Assembly (NCBI GenBank): GCA_051294905.1
Contig: CM119371.1
Span: 21,578,001 to 21,642,000 of the forward strand
Direction: 5' to 3'
Length of the DNA: 64,000 bases
DNA from: Botryllus schlosseri
Taxonomy: Eukaryota
The notes beneath the pieces are model-generated. The model did no database searches. It was given only the letters and a program-made list of their open reading frames with translations, and was not told the origin of the DNA. The number at the start of each line of letters is the position of its first letter. Position 1 is the first letter of the stretch. Positions 1 through 13,779 of the stretch are shown in pieces. The translations under genes were made by a program, and so were the position numbers.

Positions 1-2
1 AT

Positions 3-128
3 TTACTGAAACATCATCTGGATGGGTGTGAAGAATTGCTCCATGAGAAAAAGAAGGGCAGAAGTGGAGCTGGCACATCGTTTCAAGCAATTTATGCTGC
101 AGTGTTCGCCGCGGATTTTAATTCATGA
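3..128 (+). CDS. 3' end of a last coding exon, paralog of exon 58965-59276
   Basis: Frame from 3 reads LLKHHLDGCEELLHEKKKG...FNS*, matching LLENHLNECENLL in the 59-kb copy; the downstream non-coding sequence is also homologous. Confidence 0.45.
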   Translation, partial: LLKHHLDGCEELLHEKKKGRSGAGTSFQAIYAAVFAADFNS

Positions 129-920
129 GGAAACTTTTCTTTGAAATAAGATTGTCGCATTACAATATCGAAGAAAATTAGAGGCAGATAGTAGAACAGT
201 ATTATGAATGACTAAATCTTTCATTCATACCTAATAATATTTCAATTATTCCGGAACTTCTTACGGCCGTCGCCGAATTCGTGGACACGTGTCACACATT
301 GCTGTGAATAATTTTACTTTTTGATATGTATTTCTCATGATTTCAACCACCTTGTTCACAACAAACTTAGCACGTCAGGCCACCTCCAAATTTTACTATC
401 CATACATGTAACTGTCCAATTCAGTGGTTTCAATATCAAAAGTACAGTGGATTTCTCTTGTTGAGGTTATAGTCAGAAATGTAAGGAAGGGTAACAAGTT
501 CCGAGAGATATTTACTCTTACGCCATGTCTTCATATAATTGCGCAATATATTTCCTGATCCGACCGACTCAAGTGTCGTTGTTATCTGAATAATTAGTAA
601 TCGGCTTGGTAATCTCCTGCTTTGTTAACAATGGAGTTGTTAAAGATTGAATACATTTGATTCGAATTGGAAGTAACCATATTTGTGTACCATTCCATAC
701 TTGCTTGGACGCGGGTGCGCAGAACAAGGACTCAAGCGGCTAATAGCGCTCTTCGAAGTCATCCTCTGCATCTCGTTCGGATTCGAAGGAGCGGGCTATC
801 TCGAGAACGATCGAGCGATGGAGAAGGCAGCGAAGCGAACGACTGTGGAAGAACGACGGCACTTTGGTCCGCGGGTCCGATCGCCCTCGCGGCGGTGTGG
901 ACTCCCTCACGGTGAGTTAG

Positions 921-1966
921 ATCTCTGGTTTATCTCTCCATTAGTGATATGTTTATTTCAAAGATTAAGCCATGTAGGTGTAAGTTAGGGCTGGGCACAA
1001 TGATTCGAGTACTCGAATCTGAATCGAGTAATTATTTTAATGATTCGAGTCGAGTAGCAAAATACGATTTTTTCGAGTATTGACATTATATGCTACTCAC
1101 CACTGAGAGGTTCTTTTGTTAACGAGAGTTATGGTTTTGATACTATTTTTCACTGGGGAAGCCTTAAAACCTTAATTGCATACGAAACATAGTACAAAGC
1201 TACAAACGTTACTGGAAATAACACATTTCCGAAGTCACGATCCTCCTACAACATTGTCACAAAGTGCAATGAAATCGGTATAGGGTCGAAATAATACCAA
1301 AGTATCTTTAATGTGATAGATAACAGGCATTATATTCTTTGCGGTGGCATAAAAGGTATATATTTGAACCGTGACATCTTATATACTGTTATTACGTCAT
1401 AATGATTGATACTCGAATACTCGACTCGACTCGAAGTATAATACGTGATTCAGAATCGAATCACTCAAGTACTCGATTTTGCCCAGCCCTAGTGTAAGTA
1501 CGAGCTGAACGCAAAGTGAAACTACGAACGGCTCATTGAATCAGTCTTTGTTTATTTGGTCTCTGATTACGAACTTGGACAACTGTGGTAATTCCAGAGC
1601 TAATAGAGGCGACCAAGCTCCAACTCAGGAAACGTGCTTTTATTAGGTCAAAATCGACCGTGCTCGCTCGCTGACCCGTTTCTTTGGATGACTTTGGATA
1701 ACCACGCGGATCGTTCGGTTTTGCGCCGGCGACGTACCATTCAAGTGTCTGATCAATCAATCTTCGAAGATAAGCTACGGCCTTACCCTTGTGATAGTGG
1801 GTGACGGGGATTCGGGGTTTGATTCAAGAGAGAGAGCCTGAGAAACGGCTATCACATCCAAGGAAGGTAGTAGGTCCGTAAATTACCCATTCCCGACACG
1901 GGAAGGTAGTGACGAAAAATACCAATCCGGGACTCTAACGCGGCTCCGTAATTGGAACGAGACACA
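921..1966 (+). pseudogene. 18S rRNA 5' fragment (~540 nt, degenerate), interrupted by a MITE and preceded by GC-rich 5'ETS-like sequence (~700-920)
   Basis: Degenerate universal motifs ctggttTatc..., aaagattaagccatg, gtgaaactacgaacggctcatt, gagcctgagaaacggctatcacatccaaggaagg, aaattacccattcccgacacggga; ends near gtaattggaacgag. Confidence 0.92.
986..1491. mobile_element. hAT-type MITE inserted in the 18S pseudogene
   Basis: TIR tagggctgggc/gcccagcccta; perfect 8-bp TSD gtgtaagt (978-985, 1492-1499); subterminal TCGAGT/ACTCGA repeats; absent from the copy at 60.2 kb. Confidence 0.93.
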
Positions 1967-3387
1967 TATCTTGAGTCGCATCGTTGTTTACATCATTCAG
2001 TCCAAAACGGCGCCAGACCAGGTCCCGTCCGCGGTCTCCAGCCAAACCCGAATGATTAAAAAGTAATGAAAAAAATTCATAGTTCGCATTTACAGTTAAA
2101 TATTTCGTATTACTGACAGCGGATACGCAAGGCCAACACTGCATCACGGCTAAACAGAGGATGGAACATATAAATATGCCAACTCATATCGTCGTTACAG
2201 CCACTGTTCTGATGGTTTATAACAGTATCCAATTTTGTTCAATACCGCTGTTTGCGAACAACGTAGGCCTACAATACTTGTTAACCCTCGAGATTATTGA
2301 ACCACAATCTGACTTATCAACCTCGCCTACCGACACGTCCAGCCGTTATTTTGTGGCTCCTTTTTTGTAATCCTCTCTGTTAAATCAAATGTGCATGTCT
2401 CCTATTTACACGCTGTTGGCCGGGGGTCGCCAATTCAAAGCGGGTCGCGGGCTACTTTTCAACATCTGTAGAGGCCGCGGGCCGCATGACTTCAATATCG
2501 ATATAAAAATAGGCAACGCAGGTAAACATCCATGTTTTGATGAAATTAGGTCAGTACAACGCCGTGCTCTGTAACGTCGGCGATTGGCATAGTTACCACA
2601 AAATAAATAATATTTTATTGAAGAAATAGAAATACAACAAAAAAATCAGGATCATCACTTTCATTCTATTTCGAACAATGACCTGCGCACAATACCTGAC
2701 AACACCAGTCAGTAAATAAAGCAAGGGTGGCCAACCTTTTTGCTATTTACTGCCGCATTCCAGTGCATAGTCGTAATGACCTAACTGGAGGCCAAATAAC
2801 CACGCTAAACTGTCCTTATCCAGTCCATTGCCGGTGAACTCCGGACTATACTAATAACTGATATTGGGCTACAGTGCGCACCGAAATCGTGAGTGGTAAC
2901 ATTATGTATAAAACACAGGAATCCGATCTGTAGTCGCACGAAGCGCGATTTTTTTTCTTATTTATGAGTTAATTACGTCGATGTTATTAACGCAGTTTCT
3001 CATATTATTTATATTTTTCCAGCCCATGAGATCAGATTCACGAGTAGAGTTCACACAGTGGCCGGGTGTCTTCGAAAATTTAAGTAGGTTGTGAGAACGA
3101 GAATGTTTTGCTCATTATAAAATAGTTTTACCCAAAAATATCATAAGAATAGCAAATCAATGAAACAAAGAAGCAGTCGAAACGAGGTGGACGATTCTAT
3201 ATCAATCGAACAACCAAATTGACGGAAAGAGTACTTTGAAAAGTGGCATGCCCGCTAAATCACACAGAAAATACGTAACATAAAGCTAGAAGCAATGAAG
3301 GACGTCGCTGTGTCAAAATTTAGATCCTTCAATCTCAAAACGACAGCAACTTGCAACTGGTAAGTATGGATTTGAATAATGTATTTT

Positions 3388-3454
3388 GTTGTTGATATGT
3401 TGAGATCGACCTGAATATTTCGACTGACACTCATCAGGGTTAATCATCAACAAC
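3388..3454 (-). ncRNA. Type I hammerhead ribozyme-like motif (minimal, partly degenerate)
   Basis: Minus strand GTTGTTGAT-gattaacc-CTGATGA-gtgtcagtc-GAAA-tat-TC-aggtcgatc...ATCAACAAC: intact core, short palindromic stem III (AATATT), 9-bp outer stem; stem II and proximal stem I are imperfect. Confidence 0.5.
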
Positions 3455-4845
3455 TAGTAGAGAATTCAAAAGAGCATTGCATACCAAAATGTATGTCAGA
3501 AAATATCTGTAAGTTTCCCAGAAGCTGTGAAATTCACATGACATTCTATGGCCGGCCACTGAGCTGCATGGCCGTTTAACATGCGGTCATATCACCTGTT
3601 GTTCTAATTGTTTTGTTGTCAGTACTAAACACCATAACCATAGTACCTGGAAGAAACATTTGCATTTGAGGCATCAAAGAACCAATAAAATGTGGAAAAT
3701 CCCTTATAAATTACTTACCAGCTGTGAAATTCACATAACATTGTTTGGCCGGTACTTCCACCGTTCTGATCTCTTTTTTCAACAGTGGGGTAGAGTTGCA
3801 ACCGATTGCATAGCTAGTTATCTTTTATGGAGCAGAATAGCTGCGACTTCAATAGTGCTGGGCTGATAAATTCCTTCATATGTCCATCAGTCCGTGATAT
3901 GCGGTTGTATCTATATATCTGATTGCTGTGTTATACTTAAGATTTTCGCCACCCTCAAGCTCAACAGAGCTTGCACTCGTATTGTTGGACTAGCCAGAAG
4001 GCAATTTAAAAATTCCTGCGAATTGTCTTGATTCAGTGCAAATTGACTGCATATATGACGAAGAACAACGATAGCAATAATGTAGTCGAGTGGCAGCCCA
4101 CTGGTATCATTGTTAATGTGGAGCTTTTCCTACAAATTCGGTTTCAACATTATTTCATGATCTTTTTCCTGTCAGATCCCATTAAATTGCATTATATTTT
4201 CAAGTAGCAGAAAAATATGCAAATTTAATATACTGGCGGACGTGAAGTCGATTGATAAGCAGGTTAATCTGAATATTTACCTTGTCTATGCAGGGGTCGT
4301 TCGTTCAGGTTGGAACAAATCAAGTAGGCTACGAATGAAATAGCTAAAAGTGGATGTTGTAGTCACTATCAATAGCCAAGGAACGTTTTGTATCGCATGG
4401 AACTGCGGCACTGCGTTGTTGGATAAAGCTGCTAAATAATGGGGTGGATATCGGATGGTACTGCGCCTTCCATATAATCAAATTACTATTAGAATATGAG
4501 CTCGTCTTCTTGAATCTAAATAACGTGTAAAACCAACGTGCACTCCGTGCAACAAGGTGTTTTGAACAACAGATACCTTGCGTCATCACATGCAGCACCT
4601 ACATTCGACTGAAAAGCCCTAGCCAGCAAGCTTGTGTAGACCTCATAGCCCTGGTGTATCTGTGGTTGATGAAAGGAACAATCGAACGCTTCCTCCAATT
4701 AATCTTCAGGGACAAATTGTGATTGAGTGAAGAGTGCCAATCTTGCAGATGCCTTCAGTGTGAACATCTGAATGCAGTTCAATACTCATTGTCTTGTAAA
4801 GTGCATTCGGTTTTCCATGCCTCGCTGGTTGCGTTTCGTGTATAG

Positions 4846-5976
4846 CAGTGATTCCCAACCTGTGGTACGCGTACCACTGGTGGTACGCGAAGGTCCTTCA
4901 GGTGGTACGCGAGTAGATTCTGTTTTTTTTTCCGACCGAAGGGAGTTATTAGTTCACGAGCGGTTAATTTCGAGTTTTTTTGAAGCCGTCGTCGTCGTAG
5001 TAAGGTGCGTCCGTGGTCAGGTATAGCCTACGCCGAAGAAACGAAACCGACTTGTTGCACCCATGCAGGACTTTCGATGCGATGTGAGCAAACGTATGCC
5101 ACCATAGTGTCCTATATGGTGTGGACACAAGCAAATCTCACGGCTCGGTGTAATTTGGTCTACGTCACACTTTCCTTTTAGTCAAAGGCAACTTTTCGGG
5201 TATTTTTCACCGGCTTGCCGAGCGCTAAATTCGATAAAACGGGTATAAATGTGAAGCTGCTACTCTACTGATTCCAAAATTATAAATTTTATTCTGCTCA
5301 TGGTCCTGGAACCCCCCGAAATCTGCTTCAAATTTTGCATTGTGATCGAGTTTTGACATTATGACGCAACAATTCTGTCTGGCAAACCGAGAGTGTAGCT
5401 AACAGAATTGTTGCGTCATAATTCAACACGCTATCGCAATGCAAAATTCGCGGATGGTTTAGGGGGTTCGAGGACCATGAGCAGAATAAAATATATATTT
5501 TCGTAATCAGTACAGCAGCAATTTCCATTGATACCCGTTTTTTTCCGAATTTAGCGCTCGGCAAGCCGGTCAAAAATGGCCATAAAATTGCCTTTGACCA
5601 AATGGAAAGTGTGACGTACATAAATTTCACTGAGTCGTAAGATTTGCTAGTGTCCGCATCCACACCATATAGGACACTGTGATGCCACGCATCTACCGGC
5701 TAGTGCAAAATACGCAATGCAGCCATCGCATTAAATAAATAGACTTTTGTTGTTATTTCAATATATTGTTATTCTTGTGACTGGTGGTGGAAAAACAATT
5801 CCATGCATCCCCCATCAACCCTGGCTGGTGATGCCTAGTTTAATAGAATTTGTTAACACCCCTAGCTTAGGTAAAATACCTGATTATGACGTCATAAATG
5901 GTGGATGTAGGTGGTACGCGAGCACTGCATAAAACTTCGAAATGGTACGTGGGCGGAAAAAGGTTGGGAACCACTG
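4846..5976. mobile_element. hAT (Charlie-like) MITE
   Basis: cagtgattcccaacc / ggttgggaaccactg; TSD gtgtatag/gtgtagag; GGTACGCG subterminal repeats; a related inverted copy lies at ~8840-9823. Confidence 0.85.
5103..5681. mobile_element. Foldback MITE with 7-bp TSD (P-element-like termini)
   Basis: catagtgtcctatatggtgtgga / tccacaccatataggacactgtg; imperfect arms of ~275 bp around a ~20-bp loop; TSD atgccac (5096-5102, 5682-5688). Confidence 0.85.
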
Positions 5977-6592
5977 GTGTAGAGCATGTATTTGACCAAT
6001 TGAATTATCTACTTGTATAGTTGAATGATTGCAATCATATCCTCATTTGTTTTACATGTATTGGAATTGGTAACGAACGAACAAACGTTTTGAAGCAAAA
6101 TAGGTAGAAAAGAAGGAAGATGGGTTGCAAGCAGTTTATATTTTCGTATGCATCAAGTGCTTGCGTGATGGAGATGCGAAGGTACTGCAAGGCAATCTAG
6201 TCGGCACCATCATTTGATTTGTCCACGAAATGTCAGTGCATAGTGCGCCGAGCAGGGTAGTTTTAGCAGACCAGTTTTAATATCAAGTCGCTGGTCTGAC
6301 CGAGCAATATGTACGGCGTATTTAAATGCTCCACCGCTGCCATCTCGAAGGTTTCAGCAAGAGCAACCTGTGTTTCGATGGTAGTTTACAAAGACACCTT
6401 CCTAACGTGAATTTGAAATATTCAGAGATAATTAAATTCGTTTCTACTACGAACACATAATAAAGATAAATAGGTGTAGAACAGTTGTAATTTAAGACAC
6501 AGCCCAGAAATAAACTCAATAACATTGAAGGCAAACGGATAACTGACGGTAAGAACCTGCGGTATTAATGCAAGCCGTCTACAAATCTAGCC

Positions 6593-7689
6593 TGGTTACC
6601 ATATTTCTGTGACCCGAATTCCGGACACTCCTTAGCGCCCCCTAGTGGATTTCAAAATGAGATATGAGCACATTGTCTGTCAATATGTCGGCACACTAGT
6701 AAGCTCATAGACCAGAGGCGGTCACGATCCGGTTCAGGGGTATGCGACCGTGTGTTGTGTAACCGATACCGAAACCACTTTTTTAACCCATTTCCAACCC
6801 AAATAAACAATGATTTTGAGCTTAACATAGGGTAATCGATGCCATTACTAGGGGGTTTACTATATGAATCTGATTTCTATATGTATCTGTTCATTTTTTG
6901 AATGAATTCTGTCAATAATATTGGTTGTTCCATATCTTCCTATATAATTACTACTTTCCGCCCACATGATCAGAGTTAGCGGTAGAGCTGCGGTGGAGGA
7001 TGGTGAGTTCGAAAAAACGGGAGCGTTTGTACATCGTCAGGTTATGTTCATGACCCACCGATAAGATTGTTTATCAACGTCATATGCTGGTGCGCACCAC
7101 GGAGCTTTATAAACACCTCACATCCAGAGGTTACCACCTTTTTATGGTCGCAACTCCATCTCCAATTTGAAAATGTTTCGTGGCCCAGATCAAAATTTGG
7201 TGAGTTGATTACTAAAAGAAGTCAGAACTTTTGCCTAGACAGCTGATTACGTTCAAAATCTTTCCAGACGCCAGAATAAAGGCAAACGACCCCCACGTTT
7301 GGAACCACTATATTTGAGTAACGCATTTAAACGGCCTTAACGATCTATAGTAATCTACCGAGTACCGTTCTCCTATAATTGCGATTACAATCAAGCTTAA
7401 AGGTTGCTTCATTTGTATTTTATTGTAGTTTTGCGAGGGTGGTAGTACTCATATTAAAATCGATAAATGTGATAGGAGTTTGCGCGGAGCTCGTAGAAAA
7501 ATATCATGTAGCATAAATATGCCCAGAAATAATGTTTTTGTGTCGATTTACGAAAGAAATGACGAGCCTCCTACGTTAAGCCTTCAAAATTCCGGACAGC
7601 TGGCCTATTTTAGAAGTTCCTGCCGGACGCAAGTTTGAACAGTGAAATTCCGGACATGTTCGGAAAATTCCGGATGTATGGCAACCCTA
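6593..7689. mobile_element. hAT-type MITE (tagggttaccat family)
   Basis: Ends tggttaccatat / tatggcaacccta; TSD atctagcc/atctatcc; body homologous (inverted) to 42091-43350 and to the start of 54587-55339. Confidence 0.75.
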
Positions 7690-10600
7690 ATCTATCCGCT
7701 TAGTACGTAGCGCAAACAAGGAATATATCCACACGAGTAGTCAAAATGAATGAAAAGACCGAATGTCGATCCAACTAGATGTGAGAAAATAACGAACTGG
7801 CCACGAGATGTTGGCCGGCCAGATGAATTCTTGTGACCAGTCATGAAGTTCGCTGTGGCCGGCCATGATAAAACGGTTTTTCATGCCCGGCCAGTAAGTG
7901 GCCACGGAAAAGCTCAGACCCCTACTGAATTTTTATTGATGTGCTACATCTTTGGCTGTGCTAATTGTTATTAGTTTCCTTTATCCTTAGTCCCAATTGT
8001 TATCAGTTCCCACTGAAAGATTTGGGAGTCAATTGGTAAATTCAATTTGCATATTGACGGTCGCCAACACATCCTGGTCGCATATTTTTCTTCTACGGCC
8101 GCAGATTGGCCACCCCTGGACTGAAGGTTCGATATTAGGATTAGCTGGACACGGTAGGCTACTTGCTGGAAAACTGCATCCTCTTAAAGCTTGGTATTTT
8201 TCGGAGACCGAAGTCGTTTACTAAGCGTCTCGGTCTTGGTTACGTTGGCCATGGCACGTCCAGACAATATGCTCCTCCTCCGTGAAATGATATTACCAAC
8301 GCCGAAACCACATCAGCTAGTAAAGAGTAGTGACATTGGGCATAGGAGAATAGCTTACTTTGAACAACAACAACAATATGTTTTAACTGAATTCAATTTC
8401 AGCATTTCAAAATGCATACTGTAGGCTACTTAGCGTTCTTCCAAATTTCAAACCGGTCTCGGGCCGCAAATTATGACCGCAGTGGCGGCATGAGGGCCGC
8501 GGGCTGCGTGTTGGTGACCCCTGCTGTAGGCCAAGATTGGTTCTCATTCGGGCACCATCCCATCGTTTGATTTTATCGTGATCTGGTAGTTTATAAAAAA
8601 AAGTTATGATGATTACGTCGTTGCTAGCTTGCAAGTATGTAGTCATGCATAATCCGTAATATAGTGGAGACTATTGGACTACTAATGTATAGCTTTGATA
8701 ATAAAGCATTCCAGTGAAAAACAACAGTATTGATTTAGTGAGGTAACATTCTGGAATCTTTCAACTGTTCCGGCCCGCGAGTGACGCAAGTTGAGTTTGA
8801 CCCCTGGTTCAGTCACTTTAGTGATCGATTCGCTCTAGAGGTGGTTTCTAACCTTTTCCCCCCACGTACCATTTCGAGGTTTTATGCAGTGATCGCGTAC
8901 CACCTACAAAAGTTACGCGCGCCGAAGGCGGTCTAAAATATTATCATTATTGTCACAACACAGCCTGGGGCGCTTATCGCCACGGCAGGAATATATTGTA
9001 ACATACATTTCTTTGGCATCGTAATCTTTGGGGACGACCTTTTCATTTTTTATCCCAGACTATGTCAGGCTCTCTCGCCCCCATTCCTTCCCATCGTGTT
9101 CTTTGACACAGTCAAGTAACACGGCTTCGTTATATTCTGGCTTTGCAATGCACTGTCCTAGCAGCGATGTCGGCGATGGGGAGCCCGGAGAAACGCCGAC
9201 ACGTGGAGGTTGGTCATAACCGTGCGAATATTCGCTGCTTCCAGAACTTAACAGCAAGGACAACATCACCTGACAGATGTGTGATTGAACCGTGACCAGA
9301 AGAGTAACAGCAATGTCGGTCGGATCTTCCATCGCATGTTCTGTAATACGTTGCCACGTAGACCACTTTAGCCTATAGCACCGGACTAATCCACTGACTC
9401 CACTGAGTGGAAATGCTGGCAGGGATTTGAAGTCACGTTCATTGCTGTCGTGATTGCAGTGTTTAACCAACTGCGCCACGCGCTTCACAGCGGTGAAAAA
9501 TGTTTTCACCGTGTTGAACTGCTGAACACAGCGAAACAGGAAATAAACTGGTCATTTTAAGGCGCACTATATGGTTTCTGTATTGGATCGATTCGAAATG
9601 TTTGCGGTCAAATATATTAATACACAATTTGGTTAGGTAAGAATGCTTTACGACAAGATCTCATCTCTCCCCCGTAGGCTGTCATTGGTGGTATTGGCCC
9701 ACCCATGACGATGACCTTACCGCGATTACTTCTTCATAAAACTAAAAAATAACCTTAACTGAACAAATCACTCCCGTCAGAATCTACTCCCATACCACCT
9801 GTGCCACAGGTTGGGAACCACTGCTCCAGGTCCTCATTTAGGGCTGTACCAAGGGTTACGCACAATGATGTGCGAGTACTCGAATCTGAATCGAGTAATG
9901 ATTCTAGTGATTCTAGTCCAGTAGAAAATGCAACTATTGGATTACGCTTAAAGTACGCTCCTCGCAGTATGGTAAAAAAAATCCGAAGTACACCTCTCTG
10001 CACCGTCCAACGGCATCAGTTTCAAGCTTTTGACAGCCCATGATATTGTATTTATACCTGCTTCTTAACGAACTTACCTACTTGCGTAGTGGAGTAGATC
10101 TCAGCGTAGCTATACGTCTACTTCTACTTGAAGTCGTTTAGTATGCTTTCGAAAGGACTATACTTCTACTAGTATATGAGAAGATTTTGACGTCACTACT
10201 TCTAATTCTACTTGCGTATAGCTTTCTTCACTACTTTGTCAACCTCTGCAGACATATTGTTCGGATCAACATGTTTCTGTGCGTTTCATGATATCGCGTT
10301 TCCAAAGTATCAGCGGTTATTACAATCAGCTTGATAGGTTTTGAAGACAATATTTGAACTCGAAAGTAATGTTGACATGGCTCAACTTTTCTTACAAGCG
10401 ACGACATCGGCAAGGCTCTATTTATTGGGCAATTAGGTTTTAATTACCGCTTGCCAACATGATGTATTATTTCACCATGCAAACAATGTCAATATTCACG
10501 CCATATAGAAGAGTGAATGACAAACCGCCACGAGGCGGATTAACTTTATCATGAAATTTTCCATTAGCAGAATGTATGGAAGCCTAATGCCAGAACCTCT

Positions 10601-11067
10601 TTGCGATACCATTTCCTGTTCTTTGGTTTTGTACGTGTTTATTGCAGTTGGGTATCGGAACAAGGCCCTGTTTGATGCAGAGTACAAAATCAAGCTCGAA
10701 AAGTTAGTGAAAAAAACACTTTATATTGCGCTTGACTGTGTGTATAGAAAATCATTGCGATCTAAAAGTAGCACGCGCAAGAAGCACGAAATCAACATTT
10801 AAAAATAATTTTAATACCAACGCCGTTTGTGGAAATATATTGCAAACATCGTCGATATATTTTGTGCACAGCGTCGACATATTTGGAGATTCGATCAATT
10901 TCCAGTCAATTTGCAGCCAGAAGTCTTGGCTATATAAACTATGGTTCGGCTATAAAACTATATATCTATTTGTGAACTAGCCTACTACGCCAAGTTGCTG
11001 CTACGTCATTTAATCAATGGCCCAATAGCGTCTCTGAGCCCCCTTATTCCCCCATGTGGGTTATCAC

Positions 11068-13779
11068 CAGTGGTTAGAAGTTGGCACAAATTTTAAACTG
11101 CTCCAGCTCCGGAGCTCTATTCGATGATAAATTAGCTCCAGCACCAAGCTCTGGAACTCATTGATACCGCTGCTCCGGCTTCAAAACTATCGAATGGTTC
11201 AGGTATGCAGTCAATAACTACCGTTGCGTCGGGGGACGTCGGGCCGAGCCGGTAAAACATGTCTGAAACAGTGTTTTAAACAATGACCTTTTAAAAATGA
11301 GAAGTTTTAATTTTCAAATTGTACAATTATGCCGTAATTGTGTAAATAGTGTAAGTAGATCTGATTTTCGCTACTTCTACTTCTACTTCTTAATATTTTG
11401 TGATCTACTTACTAACTTTTCGCTATTTTCAGTTTGTCAAGTAGAAGTAGTTCAATCTTCCAATCAGGAAGATAGTCTGAGGAATTTCGGAGCTGTTTTC
11501 ACGGAGTATGAACATTTAATTTTCATAAAAGTTTAGTAAAGCACAGAATTTTCGTCGCGCTTCGCGCGCAGTGGATACGGTGTGACCAGTATGATTTCAA
11601 GAAAGTATCGGTGAATATAATTTAGGTGGAGGGTTGGCGTGGTTCCGTTCACACCACATTGTCGCCCATCACCTATGAAATAATTCATCACAGTATATGG
11701 CTCATCATAACGTTTGAAACTGATGTTTCGCAATCTAGCATTTTCTTGTCATATCGTAATCTAGCATAGGCCTATATATGTCCATGGCGTGTCCTGGAAG
11801 AGTGTTTTAGCATACCACCCTTGAAACTTACTGGACTGAAAACATGAAATACATATTCTGCTTTTAGAAGTAGTATTTATCTTTCACTTTCAATTCTCAG
11901 TATCATATACTTTGAGTTATAATTAATATCAGTTCTTTTGTCCGAATAACATACATGTTGAAGTATAAAAGCAAGTGCAGTAATGCCTTTAATTTCTGGA
12001 AATATAGCTATACAATATGGCATTTTTACGGTCCACCATATTTTTTGGTAACGTTTACAAATCGCGCAAAGTGTTTACACCGTATCCTATACAACTTCTC
12101 CATATTGTTCTTCGACTAAACTACGGGCCTTATATGGGGTATGGCGCCATACCATGCTATTTTTCAAAACGCGTTGTTCGAGAACACAGAGGAATAGTAT
12201 CGCATTTCCTTATCAATACTATCATTTTCACCCCATTATGTGAACGAATGCTTATGCTATCGAAAATTGGATACCTGCTGGTATGCATCAATATGAATCA
12301 AGCTCGTCACCTATCACATAGCTCAATTTGCACCTTTTTATAATCCATCCAATCAGGATCGTTTTCACAACTACTTACTTACTTGAGTACTTTTAAAGTC
12401 AGTCAATTCTACTTCTACTTCAAGTAGTTTTAGGTTGCTCATGAAAGAAGTACTTCTACTTGTACTTGATTAGATTTTTCCGTCGCTACTTCTACTTCTA
12501 CTTGAGTAGCTTTCTTGACTACTTTGAACACCTCTGCAGTTGTAATCAACTTCCTTTGCAAGTATACGTCACCACCACAATGAATCGTCATGAATTGAGG
12601 ATTTAGCGCAGCACATTAATCTGTACAGTCGTTATAAAAACGTTCGACCTTGAAGTCATTTTACATAATGTAAGAGCAGGGACTTCTAGAAATCCCTGTG
12701 CAAGAGTAACATGAATGGATTGGGACATTGGATTTAATGTTCGGACATTGCAACTTCAATTGGTACAAGACAAAATATGTATGTTGTACCGCTAGCATAT
12801 TAAGAGATTTTTTTCTACACTTCCATGTAGTATATAATTCACCAGAAAATTGCCTGAAACGGGCATAGAATCGGTATATTATTTATTGCCCGCCATAGTG
12901 GAACTAAAACCCCAATCATACAATGGACGCGAGGATTAGATCATTTGGTTTCGCGACGTGAGAGGAAAAGAGTGATAGCCTACTATCTTTCAGGGACGCA
13001 ACTGTCGCACGCCAAATCCCCAATAGGGGATGGGAGCTCGAAGGGAATCAAAATTATTTCGTTGGTGTTTTGTTGGAGGATATTTATTCAACCTGAAAAT
13101 CTTGGTCGCGCCTTGAGCAATTTAGTATCCTTATTACGTTACATTTAATTATGATTAGTATGAGAGAAATGTGAATATTTGAGTGAAATAGGCATATCGG
13201 AGTTGGCAATTACCACACATTGAACAGGACTATAGAGTCAACTCCAGGATAAGAGGTGGCCACAGAACATTTTCAAAACCTGAAAATGGGCGACGGCCAA
13301 AAGAAGGCTGAGAGCCCCTGTTTAAAAAAGGTCTTGCTTTAAACATATTTCTTTTAAACTTATTTTTGTTTTAAATGCAACGTTACGTGTAGCACTGTGT
13401 TACGCGTACCACACTTTGAGAAACACTGGCAAATTACTCAATAATAATTTGCTCGGTTCACATGAGCACCAGTCCCATTTTTTTGAAATACATGTAGTGA
13501 TCAAAATTTTTCGAACCACTCTATTGGCTATCAGTGTTGCGCTGATGAAGAAATTGCTGATATCAAGAATAACCACGCACTAGAATATAGTAATGAACGG
13601 CATGTTTCGCATACAAGAGCTCAGTAAGTTATATATGGACAATTTGATCATACTTTTAAAACAACCGGCTCCAGCTTCTGGTCCAGCTCCATCAGAATTT
13701 TATTTGGAGCTCTGGCTCAAGCTTCGGCTCCGCTGAAAATACGCGGCTCCGGGTCTCCGGCTCCGGCTCCAAAGCCCCG
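11068..13779. mobile_element. hAT-type element with GCTCC subterminal repeats, hosting a truncated CAGAGGTG-family copy (~11355-12537)
   Basis: TSD gttatcac/gttttcac; gctccg/gctcca arrays at both ends; the internal block aligns with 52610-54207. Confidence 0.65.

Larger units (their letters stand above)
1..3030 (+). repeat. Segmental duplication copy 1 (exon end + ETS/18S fragment + flank)
   Basis: Colinear with ~59120-61797, e.g. cgccgaattcgtggacacgtg, cagtccaaaacggcgccagacc and ccgaaatcgtgagtgg occur in both. Confidence 0.9.
2421..8523. mobile_element. hAT (Charlie/Buster-like) non-autonomous element expanded by nested insertions
   Basis: Ends cgggggtcgccaa / ttggtgacccctg; TSD ctgttggc/ctgtaggc (the paralogous flank at ~61167 is ctgtaggc); contains a further element ~2722-8118 (caagggtggccaa/ttggccacccctg). 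Confidence 0.65.

Noticed and set aside
921..1966. Functional rRNA gene (also 60201-60728)
   Set aside because: Only ~30% of 18S, many substitutions in universal positions, a MITE insertion, and no 5.8S or 28S.
4344..4800. DDARYLLFK...IIWKA fragments suggesting a decayed transposon-associated protein
   Set aside because: Needs several frameshifts and I cannot name the family reliably.
9060..9509. 149-aa ORF inside a MITE
   Set aside because: No convincing domain; only a faint WST-like transposase hint; not supportable by eye.
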